Virus record (IMG/VR): IMGVR_UViG_3300047586_000066
Location: 1-64,000 of that record
DNA from: a virus
DNA: 64,000 nt
Direction: 5' to 3' (one strand)
Below the pieces are notes generated by a model. The model did not search any database and had not been told where the DNA came from. It saw only the letters and a program-made list of their open reading frames with translations. Below, piece after piece: positions 58,479 to 64,000 of the stretch. Both the position numbers and the translations under genes were made by a program. The stretch's first letter is position 1. The number at the start of each line of letters is the position of its first letter.

Positions 58479-59193
58479 GCTGGGTGATTAGTCGGTCGTA
58501 GACTTCTGGCTTTTTCCGATCCATTTGATCCAGGAGCCTGCCAATGATACTCATGATGAAAGTATTCCTGTCGTAGATCCTTCCTTTGCCGTCATCACGA
58601 TACCCAGAAAGGAAATCCCTGGCCATGATGCAGACAGCCTCGGTCGTTTTATCTGTCTCCCCTTCCATCATGGCGATCTTCAGCGCCTCATTGAAATCGT
58701 AGATCTGTGAACCGGAGAAGGATAGGGTGACGAATGAAACCTCCTCCTTTGGAGCTGGGTTCGAAACCTCCTGATTGTGAACGACCGCCTTAACCCGTTC
58801 CTTGAAAACTACCGAATCCTCTTCCTGGGCGTGGAGGAAGTAATTGTTTGGGACCGTTCCAAACGACTTCTGAACCTTGCAGAGTTCCCGGCACTTTGCG
58901 AACCCGATCTGTTCCAGGAGCTTATGATCGTAATGGTTTAGGTTCTTGGCAATGCGGATGAGATCGTAGTAAAGGCTGCGGGAATTCTTGAAGGTTGCTT
59001 CGATATACTGGGTCTCGTCCTGATAACCGCGGCGGATCCAGTATGCGTTTTGGTAAGCCTCGAGGAGATGATTCGCCAGTGTCATCATCCTCTGTTCGAC
59101 TTTGTTTTGAAGGTCAGACTTCCAGGCTATGATTGCATCAATTTCTTTCAGGATTTGATCGGCGCGTTCGGGGTTTTCGATTACGATGTCCAT
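58390..59193 (-). CDS. Hypothetical protein
   Basis: 267-aa ORF in the replication operon. Confidence 0.6.
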   Translation of the reverse strand: MDIVIENPERADQILKEIDAIIAWKSDLQNKVEQRMMTLANHLLEAYQNAYWIRRGYQDETQYIEATFKNSRSLYYDLIRIAKNLNHYDHKLLEQIGFAKCRELCKVQKSFGTVPNNYFLHAQEEDSVVFKERVKAVVHNQEVSNPAPKEEVSFVTLSFSGSQIYDFNEALKIAMMEGETDKTTEAVCIMARDFLSGYRDDGKGRIYDRNTFIMSIIGRLLDQMDRKKPEVYDRLITQLATWVEKGREGARAELQEEESETEPGGVR

Positions 59194-59513
59194 TGTCCAG
59201 GGCTTCCCTCGTCAAACGGCTGTAATCGGGAACTGGTAGAGAGTTCCCTTTTACAAAAGTCTCATAAGCCCCAGCGCGTGAAAGATACCCAAAGACCGGA
59301 TCCCCCACCCGGCCCCGACACTTCCATAATATGATATGCAGTCTGGCGATTTCACAATCTATTCCCAGTTTTCTGCATGCCTCTCGAAACGCATCATGTT
59401 TGAAGAGTATCCTTTTTGCGCTGAGCCAGTGTGACCAAGGAGTGTCCTTGGCCAGGTAATCTTTCTCTGCCATTCGGATGATGTCAATCAAAATCCGAAA
59501 CCTGGCAATTTGA

Positions 59514-59966
59514 TCAGAATGGGATGTCGTCGTCGCTGATTCCTGCGCTTCCGAATCCATCATCATAGGGCTCGGAACGCTCGGTAGGTGCTGGACTTGG
59601 AGCGCGGTTGTCATTCTCTTCCTGCTTCGGGCGCGATGTTCCCGCGGTTCTGAATTTTGATGCGATGATTTCGACGGATGTCTTCTCGGTCCCGTCCCTG
59701 CCGGTATATTTACGAATCGAAAGGGAACCCTTGATATCGACGAACGATCCCTTTTGAAGCAACTTATAACAGAGCTCCGCCAGCTTGTCAAACGCAACCA
59801 CATTCAGCCACAGAGTCTTTTCCTTAAGATCTCCGTCTTTTGTACTATACGATTCGTTTACGGCGATAGAGAAGTTGGTGACTTCCTGACCGCCCTGAGT
59901 GAATTTGTGCTCCGGATCTCGCCCGAGATGACCAGTAAAGTGGCAGTCGTTAAAATCTAAACCCAT
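59514..59966 (-). CDS. ssb: Single-stranded DNA-binding protein
   Basis: GHLGRDPE...FSIAVN...W.NVVAF...KGS; C-terminal DDDIPF. Confidence 0.95.
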   Translation of the reverse strand: MGLDFNDCHFTGHLGRDPEHKFTQGGQEVTNFSIAVNESYSTKDGDLKEKTLWLNVVAFDKLAELCYKLLQKGSFVDIKGSLSIRKYTGRDGTEKTSVEIIASKFRTAGTSRPKQEENDNRAPSPAPTERSEPYDDGFGSAGISDDDIPF

Positions 59967-59976
59967 TAGAATCTCC

Positions 59977-62175
59977 TTATGAAATAATCTCTGCAATTCC
60001 GTTGTTCAAATTGATTCGTGAATCCGCAAGATCCTGGACTCGGGTTTGATGCGCGATGAAGAACACCTTCAGGAAGTGGCCTATCTCTCTGGCCCGGCGC
60101 AGCATTTGAATATACTTCGGAGCCGCAATGTCATCCAGAGCGCCAGATACTTCGTCGCGCCACAGGCTCTCCCAGGCTATGCCGTTTTTGGATTTGTTAA
60201 AGATTGCGACTGCGAGACCGAGTGCTTCCGAGACAACCACCTTCTCGCCGCCGCTCAACTCAGACACGCTGCCCTCGCGCCCGCGCTCAGTGTCCATAAC
60301 AACGGCGTCGAACTCGTCCTTGTAGCCCGATCCGTCAGCCAAGAGCTTCTGGGTGATCAACTTCAAACTGAACCTGGCGCCGTAGCAGGCGAACAGCAAT
60401 TCATTGGCATAGGCGCTGACCGTGGGACCGGCCGCGTCGATCTCCAGACTTTGAATTCCATTAGGCCCGAACGCAGTTTCGAGTAATGCCCATTGGCGCC
60501 GATCGGTTTCCTTGTTTCGGATCTCTACCAGGAGTCCGGCAAGCTCCTGTTGGGCTTCATCCGCCTGCTTGTAGAGAAGCTCAGCCTGATGGATATTATT
60601 GAATAGGTTTTCCCGCTGAGTCTTAGTGATCACCAGGTCTCTTTGGGCATTGGAAAGATGCATGACAGCGATCTCGCGCTTGCTGTCTGAATCCTTCGCG
60701 GTCGCCCATTCGGATTCAGCGTCGGTTAAGGATGCGGTCGTACCGATGATGCTTTCGTCAATCGCCTTGATCTGGTTTGCCAGCTCAGCGACCAGAGCTT
60801 CCGCGTATGCGACTCGAGCTCCCCGCGCAGCTATCGGCTCTAGACTTTTACTCTGGAACTCTGCCGTCGATATTGTGGACTCGATGGATTGCATTTGAGC
60901 GTCAAGATTAGCGATGAGTCCTTTGTTCGGCGCAATAAGAGCTTTCTGGTCATCTTGGATTCGGAGCATGGCCTGCTTGTGGTTCAGGATGTCCACTTCA
61001 TAGGCTTCCATCTTCTCCTTTTCCTCAACGGCTCTCAGGAGGAACTGGCATTTTGCAAAATCGCCTTCGCCCTTGCAGGGAACCTCTTCCATGAGTGCGG
61101 CAGCTTGCTCAGCGTCAACCTTCAGCTTCTCAGCCGCTTTCATCGCACCCTGTTCTTTAAGCCAGTTCAGCCGCATTTCGGAAACACTCGTATCATATCT
61201 TTCCTTCTGGCTGGCCGCTTCACGCCGCTGCCCTGTCAACTGGCTCAGAAGTTTGCGCTGCTTCTCGATCTCTCCGCGAAGAATTATGATCTGTTCGCTG
61301 GCATGTTTGATCTTCGGGGCTTCCTCCAAGAGTTTCTGATTGAGCATCTTTCTCGTCGCCAGATCTGTCGTTTGTTTTGTGGCGTAATCCAGCTTTTTCC
61401 GTAGCTCATTTAACCGCTTGACGATCTCCTCGACCATAGAGGCTTTTGCTTTCAGGACCCCGACCTCTTCCTTGAGCTTGTCCATGCGGGCCTCCTGTTC
61501 GAAGATGGAAGCCGAGAACTCTTCGTTTTTCTTTCTCATTGCATCGAGGTCCGGAAGAACCTGCTTTGCTACAGCATCAAGCTGCTGTTCCTTGAATCTC
61601 ATTTGTTCGAGAGCATTGTCTGTAGTGAAAACTCCAGCTCCCGCCAGCTTGGAAATCTGTCCGAGCTTCTCCAGGTTAAGCATGCCGAGGAACAGCCGCT
61701 TACGTTCGATCTTCTCCAGGTCCAGGAAGTTTCCCTGCTTGGTCTGAGCCGCAAATGAGCTGGCAAGGACCATAGCCGAATCGCCGAACAGCTTCTCTAT
61801 GACCTTATCGAAATCCTTGTTCTTGCCCGTGATCCCTTTGTATGGCTGAGGCTCCCCATCAAAAGTAAATCCGTACAGGAACGACTCCATCTCCTTTTGA
61901 ACTGCATCGATGTTGAGCAGAGTCCGGTACTGCTCCCCGTGCCAATCGAAATCGAATTCGATTTTTGCATCCTTCCCGTGGCATGAGGCATAGATCCCAG
62001 CCGGCCGCGAGGGGAACGTCCGATAGAGCGATGCAAACACCGACTCGATAAGGGATGTCTTTCCCTGGCCATTGAGTCCGGTGACTGCAATGAGATCACC
62101 GGGAATCTTGTCGAAATCGACTTCAACGTCCTTAAGGACAGTGACGCCCCTAACCTTCAGTTTCTTCGGTATCAT
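59977..62175 (-). CDS. sbcC: SbcC/Rad50-like ATPase
   Basis: GLNGQGKT, coiled coil, LSGGE, DE..GALD, FIAH. Confidence 0.9.
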   Translation of the reverse strand: MIPKKLKVRGVTVLKDVEVDFDKIPGDLIAVTGLNGQGKTSLIESVFASLYRTFPSRPAGIYASCHGKDAKIEFDFDWHGEQYRTLLNIDAVQKEMESFLYGFTFDGEPQPYKGITGKNKDFDKVIEKLFGDSAMVLASSFAAQTKQGNFLDLEKIERKRLFLGMLNLEKLGQISKLAGAGVFTTDNALEQMRFKEQQLDAVAKQVLPDLDAMRKKNEEFSASIFEQEARMDKLKEEVGVLKAKASMVEEIVKRLNELRKKLDYATKQTTDLATRKMLNQKLLEEAPKIKHASEQIIILRGEIEKQRKLLSQLTGQRREAASQKERYDTSVSEMRLNWLKEQGAMKAAEKLKVDAEQAAALMEEVPCKGEGDFAKCQFLLRAVEEKEKMEAYEVDILNHKQAMLRIQDDQKALIAPNKGLIANLDAQMQSIESTISTAEFQSKSLEPIAARGARVAYAEALVAELANQIKAIDESIIGTTASLTDAESEWATAKDSDSKREIAVMHLSNAQRDLVITKTQRENLFNNIHQAELLYKQADEAQQELAGLLVEIRNKETDRRQWALLETAFGPNGIQSLEIDAAGPTVSAYANELLFACYGARFSLKLITQKLLADGSGYKDEFDAVVMDTERGREGSVSELSGGEKVVVSEALGLAVAIFNKSKNGIAWESLWRDEVSGALDDIAAPKYIQMLRRAREIGHFLKVFFIAHQTRVQDLADSRINLNNGIAEIIS

Positions 62176-62839
62176 TCGTGCTCTCCATCGGAAGTTCCGG
62201 GTTGCTGTTTTCAGGTATCACTCGCACGATTCGAACGCGATCACCCAGACTCTTAGCTAGGTTTTTGGCCTTCTCCGGCAGCTCATCTTCTTTGTCGGTG
62301 TCGACGACCAACTCAACGCGCTTCGGCCGGAACGATGTGAAGATTCCAGGGACGAATCCTGGCTTAGCTTCCAGGTTTTCAGCCGCGAGAGTATGAATAG
62401 CTTTCTTATGAGCCAAGTAGACAACAGTCAGACCCACTTCGAAGCCGTGAGGTATGGAAGAAATGCGCTTCGAGATCCCCCTTTCCCGAGCTTCTTTCAT
62501 AAAATCCGCGGTTGAGTAGAACTTCTCTCCCACCCATAGAAGCCCCTGCCTGCCTTCCACTGGGTTACAGACATCACAGGTAAGGCAGCTATGTCCCGGG
62601 GCCGCTTGGGTACAAAGCGGCCAGTTCGCCGGAGCCATAATTATGCTGGGCTCAATCCAGGTGAAGCCACGGGAAAACTTAATCCCCTGGCTGCATGTCG
62701 GACAGCATGCCAGCGGGAATGGTAATCGTTCGCACGATTCGAAGATCCCCTCTCCTATAAAGTAGATTCCAACACCATCTGGTCCTGAATGGCGGAAGCC
62801 GCAACCCCGCGCTTTCTCTCTTACAGTTTCGATCTCCAT
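62150..62839 (-). CDS. Cys-rich hypothetical phage protein
   Basis: E.ARGCG.R...CPTC..GIKFSRGFTW...LLWVGEKFY. Confidence 0.6.
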   Translation of the reverse strand: MEIETVREKARGCGFRHSGPDGVGIYFIGEGIFESCERLPFPLACCPTCSQGIKFSRGFTWIEPSIIMAPANWPLCTQAAPGHSCLTCDVCNPVEGRQGLLWVGEKFYSTADFMKEARERGISKRISSIPHGFEVGLTVVYLAHKKAIHTLAAENLEAKPGFVPGIFTSFRPKRVELVVDTDKEDELPEKAKNLAKSLGDRVRIVRVIPENSNPELPMESTNDTEETEG

Positions 62840-63978
62840 TGATCCTCCAGTTGTCTCAGTTTCTCTTTCATCCCAGCCTGGTCTTCTTCACTGGGATAAT
62901 TGTTGGTTGCTTTCCAGTAGGCTTCGAGCTTTTGCTCCAGCGTATCCGCCTTCGCAATATCGGCAGCTCGAACCGCTTCTTTTGGCTGTACCTGCGGCTC
63001 GACTTTCGCCTCGAGGGCCCCCAGCTCCATGAGCACTCGCTCGAGTTCGGCTTTGGCGAACCCTATATCATCTCCCTCATCGACTTTCAGGAGGACTCGG
63101 ACCCGAGCGCCTTTGATCCTGGCTGGCTCGTAGATTCCTGTTTCAATGAATTCTCCTTTTTTCCAGACGTATTCCATCGAGTATCGATCAACGACATCCA
63201 GCTTGATCCATTCGATGGTACCGGCGTCGGTGTCGAGAACGGAGCAATACTTCTCCGGGTGCTCTCCATAATCGAGCGCAGCAGGGGAACCGTTGTAGAA
63301 ATAGGGCCCACATAAATCAGGAAACTGCTGCCTCAGATGAATATGTCCGAAGATGCCAGCGAAGAAGCCAGCTTCCATCAGGTCATACTGCCCGAACTTC
63401 ACGCCCTCACCCTTGAATGGCTGGTGATTCTCCAGCGTAGCGCCGTCGATTACAAGATGGCTGACGAGAATGTGTTTGTCGCTTTCCTCGGCACCTGGTT
63501 TTAGCTTTGCCAAGTAGATCGATTGCAACAAGTAATCCATCGCCAGTTTCGAGACTGCCTTGTCGCCATCTTCCTTTGACATTCCTGGATGAGCGGAAAT
63601 CCATGACGACTTTGTGAACCAAGGCAAAATGTGGAGAACGCAATCAGGCCCGAACAGACCAGGGTAGAAGATATGCGGCGATGAAAATACCTTAATCGGA
63701 TACTTCGATTTGATTTCTCCAAAGATGTCCAGATCGCCGGGCTCATCGTGGTTTCCGTAACAGATGACAACGGGCGCAACCTCCGCCATGTCGTGCACTA
63801 GTGCACGGAGGAGATTGCGCCCTTCGGGTGTTGATTTGCGATCGAACAGATCGCCGGGGAGAGCGATCAGGTTTACTTTCCTGACCGCGAAGTGCTGGAT
63901 GATTTGTCGCACAGAAATAGTTATGTCGGCGTCCAGACCGCAGTCCAGATGCCAATCGCCGGATGAGCCTATTAACAA
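62821..63978 (-). CDS. sbcD: SbcD/Mre11-like nuclease
   Basis: GDWH, GDLFD, GNHD, SH, GHIH, YNGS. Confidence 0.92.
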   Translation of the reverse strand: MLIGSSGDWHLDCGLDADITISVRQIIQHFAVRKVNLIALPGDLFDRKSTPEGRNLLRALVHDMAEVAPVVICYGNHDEPGDLDIFGEIKSKYPIKVFSSPHIFYPGLFGPDCVLHILPWFTKSSWISAHPGMSKEDGDKAVSKLAMDYLLQSIYLAKLKPGAEESDKHILVSHLVIDGATLENHQPFKGEGVKFGQYDLMEAGFFAGIFGHIHLRQQFPDLCGPYFYNGSPAALDYGEHPEKYCSVLDTDAGTIEWIKLDVVDRYSMEYVWKKGEFIETGIYEPARIKGARVRVLLKVDEGDDIGFAKAELERVLMELGALEAKVEPQVQPKEAVRAADIAKADTLEQKLEAYWKATNNYPSEEDQAGMKEKLRQLEDQWRSKL

Positions 63979-64000
63979 GAGGGAGTCTCCTTTCTAATTT

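Noticed and set aside
1-64000. Reverse transcriptase, DGR or retron, and an RtcB ligase partner for Ro60
   Set aside because: No RT (YxDD) or RtcB motifs were recognised in the ORFs; they could lie outside the window.

Overview
The whole 64-kb window looks like part of a large tailed-phage (or prophage) genome; no host housekeeping genes or attachment junctions are evident. Minus strand, 1-34.9 kb: portal-like protein (runs off the left edge), terminase large subunit, six tRNA genes, a GGQ peptidyl-tRNA hydrolase, a Ro60/TROVE-vWA protein, a PurA-like/vWA/J-domain-kinase trio and many small accessory genes (KTSC, HD hydrolase, Acb2/Tad1-like sponge, HU-like). Plus strand, 35-51 kb: small early-type genes separated by a repeated double-hairpin/RBS element, an SF2 helicase, a minimal tyrosine recombinase, an HNH gene, an odd tRNA(CAT) and glycosyl/methyltransferases. 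Minus strand, 51-64 kb: GT/MTase fusions and a replication-recombination module (RusA-like, DnaB, DnaC-like, initiator, SSB, SbcCD). The standout is an unannotated ncRNA array directly upstream of the Ro60 gene (9408-10543, minus). Five Y-RNA-like units share one scaffold (outer stem, ACTGA/CGACTT internal motif, inner stem, invariant TACATG), but each carries a different tRNA-derived payload. Two payloads are circularly permuted at different positions and rebuild complete canonical tRNAs if joined at the same scaffold-defined junction. In every unit the invariant AUG opens a 1-11 codon mini-ORF, and in four of five the stop codon lies in the anticodon loop. Two further ncRNAs of a second type sit in the same array. 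All protein calls come from motif recognition by eye; no searches were run.
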